The notes: generated from the letters alone by a model not told the origin. A stretch of DNA of 57,797 nucleotides from Minisyncoccia bacterium (GCA_041737125.1 JBGSSJ010000015.1:1-57797); one strand, 5' to 3'. Shown: positions 40,974-51,636, numbered from the stretch's first letter. Program-made: numbers and translations.

Positions 40974-42452
40974 TTATTTTGTATAATTTGGAGCTTCTTT
41001 GGTAATAGTTACATCATGAGGATGACTTTCTTTCATACCACTTGATGTAATCTTTGTGAACTTCGCACCCCACATATCTTCTATCTTGTGCGCTCCTATA
41101 TAGCCCATACCAGAGCGGAGTCCTCCTACGTATTGGTACACAGTTTCAGCAACTGTACCTTTGAATGGTACGATACCTACAATACCTTCAGGTACTAGCT
41201 TTGAGGATTCGAATTCACCTTCCTGAAAATATCTGTCACTAGAGCCTTCTTTCATAGCTTCTACTGATCCCATACCACGATAACTCTTGAATTTGCGTCC
41301 TTCGAATAGTACGACTTCACCTGGGGACTCTTCTGTCCCTGCGAAAAGTGAGCCCATCATCACAGATGATGCTCCAGCAACTAAAGCCTTCACCATGTCG
41401 CCACTGTAGCGTATACCACCATCAGCAATAATTGGAATATTATATTTTGCATTCTTTAGGGCTTTCTTTACATTCATAATGGCAGAGAATTGGGGCACTC
41501 CTATGCCTGCAATGATACGAGTAGTGCATATAGATCCAGGTCCCACACCTACTTTTACAGCATCTGCTCCTGCACGAGCAAGGGCGACTGCTCCTTCACC
41601 AGTAGCAACGTTACCAACTATAATTTGAATTTTAGAATCTAGTTTCTTAATATTTTTTGTAGCATTGATAATATTCTTCGAGTGGCCGTGAGCACTATCG
41701 AGTACGAGTACATCTACTCCGGCTCCTATCAAAGCTTTCGCATTAGTCATGACATCTCCACTTACTCCTATAGCTGCACCGACACGAAGCCTACCTCGCT
41801 CGTCTTTACAAGCATTTGGATTAGCTTCCTCTTTCTGTATATCTTTATATGTTATAAGACCTACAAGGATACCCTTTTTATCTACTATTGGTAGCTTCTT
41901 TATCTTATTCTTTAAAAGTATATCTTTGGCTTGGTGTAGTGTGCACTTCTGATCTGCAGTAACAAGGTCACATGTCATGATATCACTCAGTTTCTTTGAC
42001 ATATCAGTAACAGAACGTAAGTCGCGACTAGTCACTATGCCAACGAGCTTGCCACCCTCCTCTATAATAGGTACACCGCTAATTCCCTTTTCTTTCATGA
42101 GAGTCGTCGCTTCTTTAAGTGTTGCATCAGGACCTAGTGTATAAGGGTCTTGGATAATACTATTCTCTGAGCGCTTCACAAGCTTTACTTGCTCTACCTG
42201 CCTAGTAAGCGGCATGTTCTTGTGAATAATGCCTATACCACCACACTGAGCGATAGCGACAGCCAAATGTGATTCGGTCACTGTATCCATAGCTGCTGAA
42301 ATGATGGGGATATTTAAAGTAATTTTGTTAGTTAAGCGAGTGCGAGTAGATACTTCACGAGGGTGAATGTCGCCATAGCGTGGAATTACGAGAACATCAT
42401 CAAATGTTAAAGATTCTTCTATGGAGCTCTTCCCTACAAGTTTTTTCTTCAT
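40974..42452 (-). CDS. guaB: IMP dehydrogenase with CBS pair
   Basis: [33 protein letters not shown]. Confidence 0.96.
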   Translation of the reverse strand: MKKKLVGKSSIEESLTFDDVLVIPRYGDIHPREVSTRTRLTNKITLNIPIISAAMDTVTESHLAVAIAQCGGIGIIHKNMPLTRQVEQVKLVKRSENSIIQDPYTLGPDATLKEATTLMKEKGISGVPIIEEGGKLVGIVTSRDLRSVTDMSKKLSDIMTCDLVTADQKCTLHQAKDILLKNKIKKLPIVDKKGILVGLITYKDIQKEEANPNACKDERGRLRVGAAIGVSGDVMTNAKALIGAGVDVLVLDSAHGHSKNIINATKNIKKLDSKIQIIVGNVATGEGAVALARAGADAVKVGVGPGSICTTRIIAGIGVPQFSAIMNVKKALKNAKYNIPIIADGGIRYSGDMVKALVAGASSVMMGSLFAGTEESPGEVVLFEGRKFKSYRGMGSVEAMKEGSSDRYFQEGEFESSKLVPEGIVGIVPFKGTVAETVYQYVGGLRSGMGYIGAHKIEDMWGAKFTKITSSGMKESHPHDVTITKEAPNYTK

Positions 42453-42536
42453 AAAAAAAGTATATCATAATTATCTTCTAAAGAAAATCTCGTATATTAT
42501 TTTGGTTTTAAAGATAAAAAGATGTAGAATGCAACT

Positions 42537-43124
42537 ATGTACAATATGCAACTACTTCTTACCTTAGTTGGTGTCATCCTTTCTGTTGTTGGTACGGGAA
42601 TATACATAGTTGGTATTTTTAAAGGGAAAACAAAGCCTCATCTATACACTAATATTATTTGGTCTATTGTCACTATAATTGCATTTCTAGGTTCACTCAC
42701 TTCTGGTGGTGGTATTGGTGCATGGGTTATTGGCTTTACAGGGTTTACAAGTGTAGTAATTTTTCTACTAAGTTTCAAATATGGTACGAAAGATATTAAA
42801 CAGATTGATACAATATTTCTTGTCGCAGCACTTATTTCTATAATTCCATGGATAGTTCTAAAGGATCCTTTTTGGTCCGTCATAATTGCTGTTATTATTG
42901 ATATGTTTGGATATTTCCCAACCATTAGAAAAACTTGGCGAGATCCAAGTAGCGAGGTGTATTTACCGTGGGCTATTGGTAGTGTTAAAGCAGTTATTGC
43001 GATTATTGCACTTAGTAATTTTAATATTCTAACAGTTCTATTTCCAATAGAGTATCTAGTTATGAATAGTATTGTTGTTTATATAATAATATCTAGACGT
43101 AACAATAAAACCGTTAATATATAA
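42537..43124 (+). CDS. Multi-pass membrane protein (PQ-loop/transporter-like)
   Basis: About 7 TM; KTKPH..W and PTIRKTW.DP repeat halves. Confidence 0.65.
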   Translation: MYNMQLLLTLVGVILSVVGTGIYIVGIFKGKTKPHLYTNIIWSIVTIIAFLGSLTSGGGIGAWVIGFTGFTSVVIFLLSFKYGTKDIKQIDTIFLVAALISIIPWIVLKDPFWSVIIAVIIDMFGYFPTIRKTWRDPSSEVYLPWAIGSVKAVIAIIALSNFNILTVLFPIEYLVMNSIVVYIIISRRNNKTVNI

Positions 43125-43129
43125 AACAT

Positions 43130-43621
43130 TTATTTTATATCAAGAATATATTTAGGTACTATTTGGTGATCTATATAATCTTTCCTTAATTTAAGAGGCA
43201 AATTTTTAAACATTTTTATAATCTTTCTACAATTTTTCTCACCACAATTGCATTTCATCTGCCAAATATCATCGCTAGCAAGTACTGTCGAATAATCAAA
43301 AGTTATTTCTTTGTTTTTCATTATTGACTTAATTGCCGATATAAAAAGTTTATTATTCTTTTTATACACCTTACTATTTGGATTACAAGAATGATTAATT
43401 AATTCACTCAATTTACCTTCAGGATTTATAAAATTAGTCTTACTAAATCGAATAGTATTGGATTTAGTTTGTGAATCAAGTTCATCATCTTCAACGAAGG
43501 TAATTAATTTACCTTTAATTTGGAATATTACTTCGCCATCTTTAATATCACATTTCGCAAATAATCCTTTACCATTTATTGATGTGCCTATATAGATTAT
43601 TTCACTTTCCTTTTTCGTCAT
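43130..43621 (-). CDS. SET-domain lysine methyltransferase-like protein
   Basis: GKGLFA, INHSCNPN, EITFDY, post-SET CNCGEKNCR. Confidence 0.9.
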   Translation of the reverse strand: MTKKESEIIYIGTSINGKGLFAKCDIKDGEVIFQIKGKLITFVEDDELDSQTKSNTIRFSKTNFINPEGKLSELINHSCNPNSKVYKKNNKLFISAIKSIMKNKEITFDYSTVLASDDIWQMKCNCGEKNCRKIIKMFKNLPLKLRKDYIDHQIVPKYILDIK

Positions 43622-43627
43622 ACTTAT

Positions 43628-45346
43628 TTATATTTTATGACTTAAATCATGAGCTTCTTTAACTATGTGGTTATTTAGATACTCTATAGTCGCGCCGACT
43701 TTCTTGCCAGGGTTGAATATATTTTGAGAGTCGAACAAATTCTTTGTCTCCTCGAATAGTTTATAAATTTTCTCGCCATACATTTGTTGTAAGAATGGTG
43801 CACGGATGATGCCGTCATTGTGCTCAGCTGTAGTTGATCCTTTATATTCGAGGACTAAATCATAAACTCTCTTTGATAATTCGATTATTATTTTCGCTGT
43901 TTTTTGATCTGAGAAATCCATAAGTGGAATTATATGAAAGTTCCCATTACCTGCATGTCCGGCGATAGTGTATGTTATCGGATACTCATTCATTATCTTA
44001 TTTAACTTCGGTAAGAATTCTGGTAGATATTCTGGGCGGACAATAATGTCATCTATGAATGGAGCTGTGTGCTTGTCCTTCACATGCTTGCGAAGGAGGG
44101 CGAAGCTCTCACGCCTAATGTCCCAGTACTTCTCGCTCTCTGCTTGAGAGTGAGTCACGCGAATTTTGAAAGGAAAGGGTTTCAAGTCTGGCATCAGTGC
44201 GCGGGCATTCGCATCTATTTCTGCTTCGCTATTACCAGCGAACTCTACAAGTAAGATTAACTTCGGTATACCGAAAGTACTCATCATGAAAACTTCCGGC
44301 CAGAAGCTCCACATGAACTTTATCATTCCCCATAAACCTTTCTTCTTGAAGAAATCAGGGAAGAAACGAATTGCAAGCTTCATGGTCGCATCATCATAAG
44401 ATTCCAAGCTCTCTGGGTGGTGAGGTAGTATTGTATCTACAAGCTCGCCTAACCTCTGTATGTCTTTCATGAAGACTACTACAAGCTTCGAATAAGCTTT
44501 CGTATCTACTAAGTGGAAAGTAATTTCTGTAACTATACCAAGTGTACCTTGCGAGCCGACGATGAGCTTCGTGAGGTCGAATATCTCTTTCTTCTCATCC
44601 CAGACATTCCATAGATAGTATCCTGCTGAATTTTTCGAGACATTGGGTTTGGCTTTTGTGATATCTTCTTTATTATTATTTATAAGGGCGAATAGATTCT
44701 TGTAAATATCACCCTCAAAGTCACCTTGAGCGATTTTCGCATAGAGTTCCTTTTTGCTTAGTGGCTTAACAATGTACTCTCTGCCGTCACTCCACACTAC
44801 TTTTAATTGTTTTATGTAGTCTTCTGTCTTGCCGTAGTTTAGAGTCTTCTCACCGGCAGAATTGTTCCCTACCATACCACCTAGTGCATTTAAACTTTTC
44901 GATGCTGTGTAGCAAGGTAATAATAAGCCCTCTTTTAGTGTAAGTGGCTCGAAATCTCGATAGTAAACACCAGGCATTACAATAGCTTCACCTGTAACTT
45001 TTATCGCATGTGATCCTGGATACTTTGGGAACATTTGTCCTTCTTCCACTCTCGCTACTTTCTCTACTTTGTTCATATACCTAGTGAAGTCTATAATGAT
45101 AGACTCACCGATAGATCCACCAGCCATACAAGTACCAGCTGCACGTGGAGTGAGAGCAAGCTTCGGATACTTATCTTTATTTTCATGTGCCCACTTTACG
45201 AGTGATTTAATATCTTCTTTGTCTTTCGGGAAGACGACGAGCTCAGGATAGACTTGTAGTAGCGATGCATCCCTAGAATATTTCTCAATTACCTCTGTAC
45301 TATCTTCTATGTCCCCTTTCCAAAATTTTAGTATTTCTTCCTTCAT
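43628..45346 (-). CDS. FAD-binding oxidoreductase (GlcD/D-lactate dehydrogenase family)
   Basis: PRAAGT, GGMVGNNSAG, GSQGTLG, GHAGNGNFH, AEHNDG, IFNPGK. Confidence 0.88.
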   Translation of the reverse strand: MKEEILKFWKGDIEDSTEVIEKYSRDASLLQVYPELVVFPKDKEDIKSLVKWAHENKDKYPKLALTPRAAGTCMAGGSIGESIIIDFTRYMNKVEKVARVEEGQMFPKYPGSHAIKVTGEAIVMPGVYYRDFEPLTLKEGLLLPCYTASKSLNALGGMVGNNSAGEKTLNYGKTEDYIKQLKVVWSDGREYIVKPLSKKELYAKIAQGDFEGDIYKNLFALINNNKEDITKAKPNVSKNSAGYYLWNVWDEKKEIFDLTKLIVGSQGTLGIVTEITFHLVDTKAYSKLVVVFMKDIQRLGELVDTILPHHPESLESYDDATMKLAIRFFPDFFKKKGLWGMIKFMWSFWPEVFMMSTFGIPKLILLVEFAGNSEAEIDANARALMPDLKPFPFKIRVTHSQAESEKYWDIRRESFALLRKHVKDKHTAPFIDDIIVRPEYLPEFLPKLNKIMNEYPITYTIAGHAGNGNFHIIPLMDFSDQKTAKIIIELSKRVYDLVLEYKGSTTAEHNDGIIRAPFLQQMYGEKIYKLFEETKNLFDSQNIFNPGKKVGATIEYLNNHIVKEAHDLSHKI

Positions 45347-45362
45347 TTGTAATATTTTATAT

Positions 45363-46232
45363 TTATTTAATATTATTAAAAAGTTTCAGTCGTGATTCTA
45401 CGATTGTCGCAATTGCATCGAGGGCTGGTTGCAAAATTTTGGCAGGAACGATTTCGTTTGGATGTTCGGTGGTGAATTTTCCGACGGCGTCCCTGTATGC
45501 AAGCCTAAGCTCGGAATTAATATGGACTACAGAAATTCCATTTGCAATTGCATTCGTAAAATCTTCATCTCTGAGTCCTGATCCACCATGAAGTACAAGT
45601 GGTATACCAACAGCTTCTTTTATTTCTTTGACGCGTGTTGCATCGATGTGCGGTTTACCGCTTTTGATCAAACCATGAATACTACCAACCGATGGAGCAA
45701 ATAGGTCAATACCGGTGCTTTCTACATAGTGCTTTGCATCTTCAACAGTGGTTAATACTCCAGCACCTTCTGGAATCGTGTCTTTAATATCAGAGCCAGA
45801 ACCGATATATCCAAGCTCTGCTTCTACTAGTACATCTCTTCCTGTATTTTTATTCACTTCACGTGCGTAGTCTACACACTGTTTCGTGACTTTAATATTT
45901 TCTTCAAGGCTTAATTTTGCCGCGTCTATTATAACCATATCAAATCCAGCATCAATGCATGCTTTTACTGATTCAAAACTGCTGTGATGATCAGCGTTTA
46001 AAAATATTGGATAATTATCTCTATCCCTGATTGCTTTTATGAGGGCGACACCTTCCTCCCTACCGACAAACTTCTCTTCACCCTCAGACATACCTATAAT
46101 TACAGGTAAATTAAGTTTTCTTGCGGCACTATATATGCCATGCAACCCCTCTAGATTAGATATATTAAAATGGCCAACTGCCACACCTTTGTCACTTGCT
46201 TCTTTTATAATTTCTCTTAAGCTTTTTATCAT
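45363..46232 (-). CDS. fba: Class II fructose-bisphosphate aldolase
   Basis: NADH metal motif, VEAELG, GSIHG, LVLHGGSG; start set at ATG 46232. Confidence 0.9.
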   Translation of the reverse strand: MIKSLREIIKEASDKGVAVGHFNISNLEGLHGIYSAARKLNLPVIIGMSEGEEKFVGREEGVALIKAIRDRDNYPIFLNADHHSSFESVKACIDAGFDMVIIDAAKLSLEENIKVTKQCVDYAREVNKNTGRDVLVEAELGYIGSGSDIKDTIPEGAGVLTTVEDAKHYVESTGIDLFAPSVGSIHGLIKSGKPHIDATRVKEIKEAVGIPLVLHGGSGLRDEDFTNAIANGISVVHINSELRLAYRDAVGKFTTEHPNEIVPAKILQPALDAIATIVESRLKLFNNIK

Positions 46233-46239
46233 ATACAAG

Positions 46240-46261
46240 ATTATAACACATATGTTATAAT
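46240..46261. promoter_or_regulatory. Palindromic back-to-back extended -10 promoters for fba and the pfkB-family gene
   Basis: attataaca-cata-tgttataat: TGtTATAAT on both strands, 7-8 nt before each ATG. Confidence 0.75.
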
Positions 46262-46269
46262 AGCCACAT

Positions 46270-47265
46270 ATGGATAAACAAATTGATTTCTTAGCTATAG
46301 GTGATTTAGTAGTAGATGATTTTATAAGACTTAACGATGCAGAAGCAACTTGTGATCTCGACCAAGAGAACTGCAAGCTATGTGTACGCTTCGGTGATAA
46401 AGTTCCTTTTGAATTCCACGAAGTACTATATGCTGTCGGTAATAGTGCAAACGCTGCCGTATCTGCTAGTAGACTAGGCCTTCACTCAGCTCTCTCTGCT
46501 GTTGTCGGTAATGACGAGAATGGTAAAGCTTGTATGAAGAGCCTTGCCGATGATAATGTCGCCCTCGACTATATAGAGATAGACCCGAAGCTCCCTACAA
46601 ACTACCATTATGTACTCTGGTACGGCCCTGAGCGTACTATCCTAGTGAACCATGCTCCATTTGAGAGACATTTCCCGAAAGATATGAAAGCACCAAAATG
46701 GATATATTTATCATCTCTAGGTGAGAATACAGAAGAGTATCACCATGAGATAGCCTCTTGGCTCAAAGAGCACCCAGAGACAAAGCTTGCTTTCCAGCCG
46801 GGAACATTCCAGATAAAGCTCGGTATAGAAAAACTGAAAGACATATATGAATTAACAGAAATATTCTATTGTAATTTAGAAGAAGCACAGAGAATACTAG
46901 GTACGAAAGATAACGATCCGAAGAATCTTATGAATATGATTCATGATCTAGGTCCGAAGATTGTTGTGGTGACCAATGGTATAAAGGGAGCCTATGCTCG
47001 TGATATAGATGGTAGCATGTACTTCATGCCTGTATATCCACACGAGCCTGTAGAACGTACAGGTGCTGGGGATTCATTCTCATCTACAGTAGCATCTCTA
47101 CTGTGTATAGGTAAGACACTCTCTGAAGCACTAACTCGGGCGCCTATCAATGCGATGTCCGTCACCCAATTCACTGGCGCACAGAAGGGATTACTTTCTC
47201 AAGAGAAAATTGAAGAGTACTTAAAGAACGCACCGGAGGATTATAAGATAAAGATGTTGGGTTAG
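46270..47265 (+). CDS. PfkB-family carbohydrate kinase
   Basis: GNSANAA, VTNGIKGA, ERTGAGDSF. Confidence 0.9.
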   Translation: MDKQIDFLAIGDLVVDDFIRLNDAEATCDLDQENCKLCVRFGDKVPFEFHEVLYAVGNSANAAVSASRLGLHSALSAVVGNDENGKACMKSLADDNVALDYIEIDPKLPTNYHYVLWYGPERTILVNHAPFERHFPKDMKAPKWIYLSSLGENTEEYHHEIASWLKEHPETKLAFQPGTFQIKLGIEKLKDIYELTEIFYCNLEEAQRILGTKDNDPKNLMNMIHDLGPKIVVVTNGIKGAYARDIDGSMYFMPVYPHEPVERTGAGDSFSSTVASLLCIGKTLSEALTRAPINAMSVTQFTGAQKGLLSQEKIEEYLKNAPEDYKIKMLG

Positions 47266-47273
47266 GAATTTAT

Positions 47274-47930
47274 ATGAAAGAAGACCCTTTCAAAGTAAAA
47301 CCATTCTTTAAAGATCAAAGCGGTAGAAATATTGATTCCCTAAAGAGGATTATTCGAGAGGCGGGTAAAGAACATAAAGAACAAATCAATAAGAATCCTG
47401 ATTATGTAGAATCGACTGAAGATCAGATGCTTAATATTACGGCACAAGAAATTTATGATAGTGGAAATATAAATAAAGAAGTTTTAAACGAAAAGGAAGG
47501 TGAACAAATTGAATTATCTATGTCTAAAACATACGGGTATTTATCCGACTATATTGATGCAATAGACCAATATATAAATGAAAATTTGAATTCTGGTGGT
47601 TTAGTAGATCATTACAAAACAAATTTAAATAATTTAAAAATCATAAAAGATAAAAGAGAGAAATTAAAAGCGAGATTCCTGGGATATCTCAGAAAATCGA
47701 AAGATCTAACAAAGGAGGAAGCTTTTTCCTTAAATGAAGAAAAGAATAAGATTATTATGGAATTATCTACCCTACGAACTGAAGCAGAGATAGTTCAATA
47801 TGAGATAAATTTATTAAATTCAACTCTAACAATAGAGGAGGCAACAGAGCTTGAAAAAGAAAAAGATGTGCTTGAAGAAAAAGTAAAAAAATACTTAATT
47901 TTTATGGGGGCAAATTATGAACGTAACTAA
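47274..47930 (+). CDS. Coiled-coil hypothetical protein
   Basis: E/K-rich helical protein, N-terminal FKVKPFFK. Confidence 0.7.
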   Translation: MKEDPFKVKPFFKDQSGRNIDSLKRIIREAGKEHKEQINKNPDYVESTEDQMLNITAQEIYDSGNINKEVLNEKEGEQIELSMSKTYGYLSDYIDAIDQYINENLNSGGLVDHYKTNLNNLKIIKDKREKLKARFLGYLRKSKDLTKEEAFSLNEEKNKIIMELSTLRTEAEIVQYEINLLNSTLTIEEATELEKEKDVLEEKVKKYLIFMGANYERN

Positions 47931-47983
47931 TTTTAGTGCTGGGTTAATTGATTATAAGATTATGGAATTTAACTAAAAATAAT

Positions 47984-48595
47984 ATGGAAAATCCTAAATT
48001 TAATGTAACTCCTTTTTTCAAGAAAAATGAAAAAAGTAAGTTTCCGAAAGCAATAGAAGATAAAATTCAAAAAGGAAAAGAAGAAGAGCTTCAAAGAATA
48101 ATTAACGATTCTGTTGATTTCGAACCCGAAAATTCATTAAACGAAAGAGTGAAAGAGAAAAATTTTGATCCAGCTATTCATTCAGAGATATCTATGACGA
48201 GTGAAGCTAAAATGCTTAGCTCCCAAGCGCAAACAATAAATGACTTAATAGAAGTCCAAAGTAAAATAGACGATTCTATTGAAATGAAGAATTATAGACA
48301 GCATGAATCAGAGTTAATCTTAAAAAAGTCTGAGTTAAAAAATTTAGAAAATAAAAGAGATGAAGATTTAATTAACGCTATTACAAAAAATAAGCAGAAT
48401 GCTTATAAAAATGATATAAATAAAAAGAATGAAGCTGCTAGAATGAAAGAATTAAAAGTCGAAATAAAAAAATTAGAAGATGAGCTAGAAAATTTAGAAA
48501 AGAAGTTAGATCCAAAATTAATAGAGCAAAAAAAGGCTCTAAATGAAGAAATAGAACGATATAAGGAGTTAACTAACGCTTATAAAGATAATTAG
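47984..48595 (+). CDS. Coiled-coil hypothetical protein (probable paralog of upstream gene)
   Basis: E/K-rich, N-terminal FNVTPFFK; start set at ATG 47984. Confidence 0.7.
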   Translation: MENPKFNVTPFFKKNEKSKFPKAIEDKIQKGKEEELQRIINDSVDFEPENSLNERVKEKNFDPAIHSEISMTSEAKMLSSQAQTINDLIEVQSKIDDSIEMKNYRQHESELILKKSELKNLENKRDEDLINAITKNKQNAYKNDINKKNEAARMKELKVEIKKLEDELENLEKKLDPKLIEQKKALNEEIERYKELTNAYKDN

Positions 48596-48611
48596 TTTCA
48601 AGACTACCATT

Positions 48612-48827
48612 TTAATGGTAGTCTTGCCTTTTGCTTTCTATTGAGTTTGTTTTTCTTTCTGCTTCTTCCGGCGTTATTTTATTTGATATTAAATCACTTA
48701 CTATTCCTTCAAGTAAACTGATTTCATCTGTTGTTGCTCCAGTAGTTTGCATTTCAATTTCCTTTCCTTTTAGATAATTCAAAACTCTATTTTTTTCTAA
48801 TATAGTATTATTGTTCTCGAATTGCAT
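48612..48827 (-). CDS. Small hypothetical protein
   Basis: 71 aa, coupled to the upstream gene; ITPEEA..KRQDYH. Confidence 0.65.
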   Translation of the reverse strand: MQFENNNTILEKNRVLNYLKGKEIEMQTTGATTDEISLLEGIVSDLISNKITPEEAERKTNSIESKRQDYH

Positions 48828-48831
48828 ATAT

Positions 48832-49605
48832 TTAAACTTTATTATTAATATTTGTTTCGACTACTATATGTTCACCATTTGTTTCAGGTGCTTTTACTAC
48901 TTCAGGTATTGCTACTACTTCAGGTGTTGATTCTATACTTTCTTTTATATCATCATAGAACTTTGCTACCGATACCTGCATCCATGTCATTAGCCAAATC
49001 ATACTTACTAAAATAATAATGACAATTAAAATAGCTAGAACAAACATCATGCTATGATCCGCACCACCTTTTAGTATAAAAGCCACAATTCCCCATAATA
49101 TAACAGGGATTAATAATAATAGGAACATTCTACCTATAAAATTTAGATGCAATCTGAAAAGCTTCATTCTGTTACCGAACATCATTTTCTCGCTTTTATT
49201 AATGGCATCGTTTATCGCAATATCTTTATCATCAATAATAATAAAGAATGTCATAGCATAAGCAAATGCTTTCATAATACCTGGCACAATTAGCAGTAAT
49301 GTCCATAATAATATTTTAATTACAACTATCCAGTAAGCTTTGAATGATCGCCAGAAATTTTGAAAGCCATCAAATAACTGCTCTACCCTAGCATTTTCAT
49401 GTCTAGATAGAGAAAGATAAAACATCATCATTCCTATAAATATAGGTCCACCAATAAATATTGATATTAATTGCCCTATGCCAGGTATTATACCTAGTAC
49501 TATGGTTATTAAGTAATAGAGAAGTGTAAATTTAACAACTAGCCCCCACTTCCCTTTCAGAGATTCACTAGCACTCTGCCTCAGAACTTTGTTTGGTGTA
49601 TTCAT
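48832..49605 (-). CDS. DUF975 family membrane protein
   Basis: LKGKWG, LWTLLLIVPGIMKAFAYAM, SEKMMFG, FYDDI. Confidence 0.88.
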   Translation of the reverse strand: MNTPNKVLRQSASESLKGKWGLVVKFTLLYYLITIVLGIIPGIGQLISIFIGGPIFIGMMMFYLSLSRHENARVEQLFDGFQNFWRSFKAYWIVVIKILLWTLLLIVPGIMKAFAYAMTFFIIIDDKDIAINDAINKSEKMMFGNRMKLFRLHLNFIGRMFLLLLIPVILWGIVAFILKGGADHSMMFVLAILIVIIILVSMIWLMTWMQVSVAKFYDDIKESIESTPEVVAIPEVVKAPETNGEHIVVETNINNKV

Positions 49606-49614
49606 ATAAAATAA

Positions 49615-50664
49615 TTATTTAATAAGATAAGTATATAATGAAGAATTATTGCTCCTTGTCAATACTTTTTTAACTGCTTGTGTTATGTGCTCTACTCCCA
49701 TGCCGTAGTGCTCGATCAGTTCCTTCGGTGTGCCTGACTGGCCAAATACATCAGCTACTCCTACGAATTCTATAGGTGTCGGATAATATTTTGCCAAGCA
49801 TTCAGCCACTGCAGAGCCCATGCCACCTGCAATTTGGTGCTCTTCTACTGTTACTATACATCTAGATTCCTTTGCAAGTGCGACTACAGCTTCTTCATCT
49901 AGAGGCTTGATAGTAGAGAGGTTCATGACTTTTACTTTCACTCCATCTTTTTCTAAATTCTTCGCTGTAATAATAGCATTGTAGAGTAATGCACCTGTAG
50001 CTATGATACCTACTTCAGCAAGCCCCTTTTCTGGGATATAGACAATCTGAGCTTTACCTATCTCAAATGGAGTATCCTCTGTGGTTATTATCGGAGTCTT
50101 CTCACGAGCAAGGCGTAGATATGTAGGCTCTTTGGTTTTCGCACATGCAAGTGTCGCCTTCTTGGCTTCTATAGAGTCACAAGGAGAGATGACGACCATA
50201 TTTGGAATGACGCGAGTTATAGCTATGTCTTCTATGGCCTGGTGTGTACCACCATCTGGACCTACAGATATACCAGCATGTGAGCCAGCAATCTTTACAG
50301 GGCGGTCATTGTAGCAAATAGTAGTACGTATTTGCTCCCAGTTGCGCCCAGGGGAGAACATCGCATATGAAGATATGAATGGAATCTTCCCCATCGCAGC
50401 CATACCAGAAGCTACAGAAGCCAAGTTCTGCTCGGCGACACCTACTTCTATAAATCTATTTGGGAATTTGTCAGCAAATAAATTCATCTTTGTAGATTCC
50501 ACAAGGTCAGCACATAGAGCGACGATTTTCTCATTCTCAGTACCAGCTTGTAGTAATCCTTCTCCAAATCCTTGACGAATAGGTACTTGCTCGACATCGT
50601 CGTTGAAAACTTTTGTATTTAATTTTAGTGATTGATTAAGCATATTATTGATGTTCACTTTCAA
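49615..50664 (-). CDS. tkt: Transketolase C-terminal (pyrimidine-binding) subunit
   Basis: GVAEQN, GPDGGTHQAIED, EEHQ..GGMG; exact start uncertain (50664 or 50643). Confidence 0.92.
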   Translation of the reverse strand: MKVNINNMLNQSLKLNTKVFNDDVEQVPIRQGFGEGLLQAGTENEKIVALCADLVESTKMNLFADKFPNRFIEVGVAEQNLASVASGMAAMGKIPFISSYAMFSPGRNWEQIRTTICYNDRPVKIAGSHAGISVGPDGGTHQAIEDIAITRVIPNMVVISPCDSIEAKKATLACAKTKEPTYLRLAREKTPIITTEDTPFEIGKAQIVYIPEKGLAEVGIIATGALLYNAIITAKNLEKDGVKVKVMNLSTIKPLDEEAVVALAKESRCIVTVEEHQIAGGMGSAVAECLAKYYPTPIEFVGVADVFGQSGTPKELIEHYGMGVEHITQAVKKVLTRSNNSSLYTYLIK

Positions 50665-51514
50665 TTTTACCTCCGAGTGTTCGGAGTTCTCTTAAAGCTC
50701 CATCGGCTTGAACCTTGTTTGGAGTAACTCCATGCCAATGATAATCACGCTCGAATTCACGCACCCCACGACCTGGTATAGTACGAGCAATGATGACTGA
50801 AGGCTTCTCGTAAACTGCTTTTGCTTTGCATATAGCATCATTGATAGCGCGGAAGTTGTGGCCATCTATCTCTTGGACATGCCAGTTGAAAGATTCCCAC
50901 TTAGCTACCATGTCGTTTAGTGGCATGACGTTCTCTGTGTTACCGTCTATCTGTATATTATTCCTATCTACTATCACTATTAGGTTACGTAGTCGTTCCT
51001 TCGCAGCGAGCATTATAGCTTCCCAATTCTGACCTTCATTAAGTTCCCCATCGCCTGTGAGGCAGTATATAGTCTTGTCTGTAGTATTACTATTATCTAT
51101 ACGATCAGCCAGAGCCATACCTACAGCTTGTGATATACCAGAGCCTAGTGGACCTGAGGAATTCTCAAGCCAAGGCATGAATTCCCTATGTGGATGGCCT
51201 TGAAGCCTTGAACCAAATTTACGCAGAGTTTGGAGTTCATCTACTTTCATATATCCGGCATGGGCCATAGTTGCATAAAGAACCGGACATATATGGCCAT
51301 TTGATAACACAAGTCTGTCTCTATCTACCCAATCTATTCTACTTGGATCATGCTTGAGCGCATGAAAATAAAGCAAAGTGAAGACGTCAGTCATACCTAG
51401 TGGACCTGCTGTGTGGCCGGACTTAGCTTCAACTAGCATTTCTATAATACTCTCACGAATATTATTGGCTGTGATTTCTAATTCTTTTATTTTTTTATCT
51501 GTTAAGTTTTCCAT
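50645..51514 (-). CDS. tkt: Transketolase N-terminal (TPP-binding) subunit
   Basis: SGH, LSNGH, LQGHP, GDGE..EGQ.WEA, HWHG. Confidence 0.93.
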   Translation of the reverse strand: MENLTDKKIKELEITANNIRESIIEMLVEAKSGHTAGPLGMTDVFTLLYFHALKHDPSRIDWVDRDRLVLSNGHICPVLYATMAHAGYMKVDELQTLRKFGSRLQGHPHREFMPWLENSSGPLGSGISQAVGMALADRIDNSNTTDKTIYCLTGDGELNEGQNWEAIMLAAKERLRNLIVIVDRNNIQIDGNTENVMPLNDMVAKWESFNWHVQEIDGHNFRAINDAICKAKAVYEKPSVIIARTIPGRGVREFERDYHWHGVTPNKVQADGALRELRTLGGKIESEHQ

Positions 51515-51636
51515 CCCGTATGAAGTAGGGATTCTTCAGATTCCCGTACATATTATTAATATTATAAGTATAAAATATCTTACCTTTTTATTATAACACC
51601 ACTCTTGCTAATTACATGTATGACTTCATACGGGAT
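51513..51636. repeat. 14-bp perfect inverted repeat pair enclosing the tkt promoter
   Basis: atcccgtatgaagt (51513-51526) / acttcatacgggat (51623-51636). Confidence 0.8.

Noticed and set aside
49615-51514. Split transketolase as a frameshifted pseudogene
   Set aside because: Two-subunit transketolases are an established form and both halves are intact
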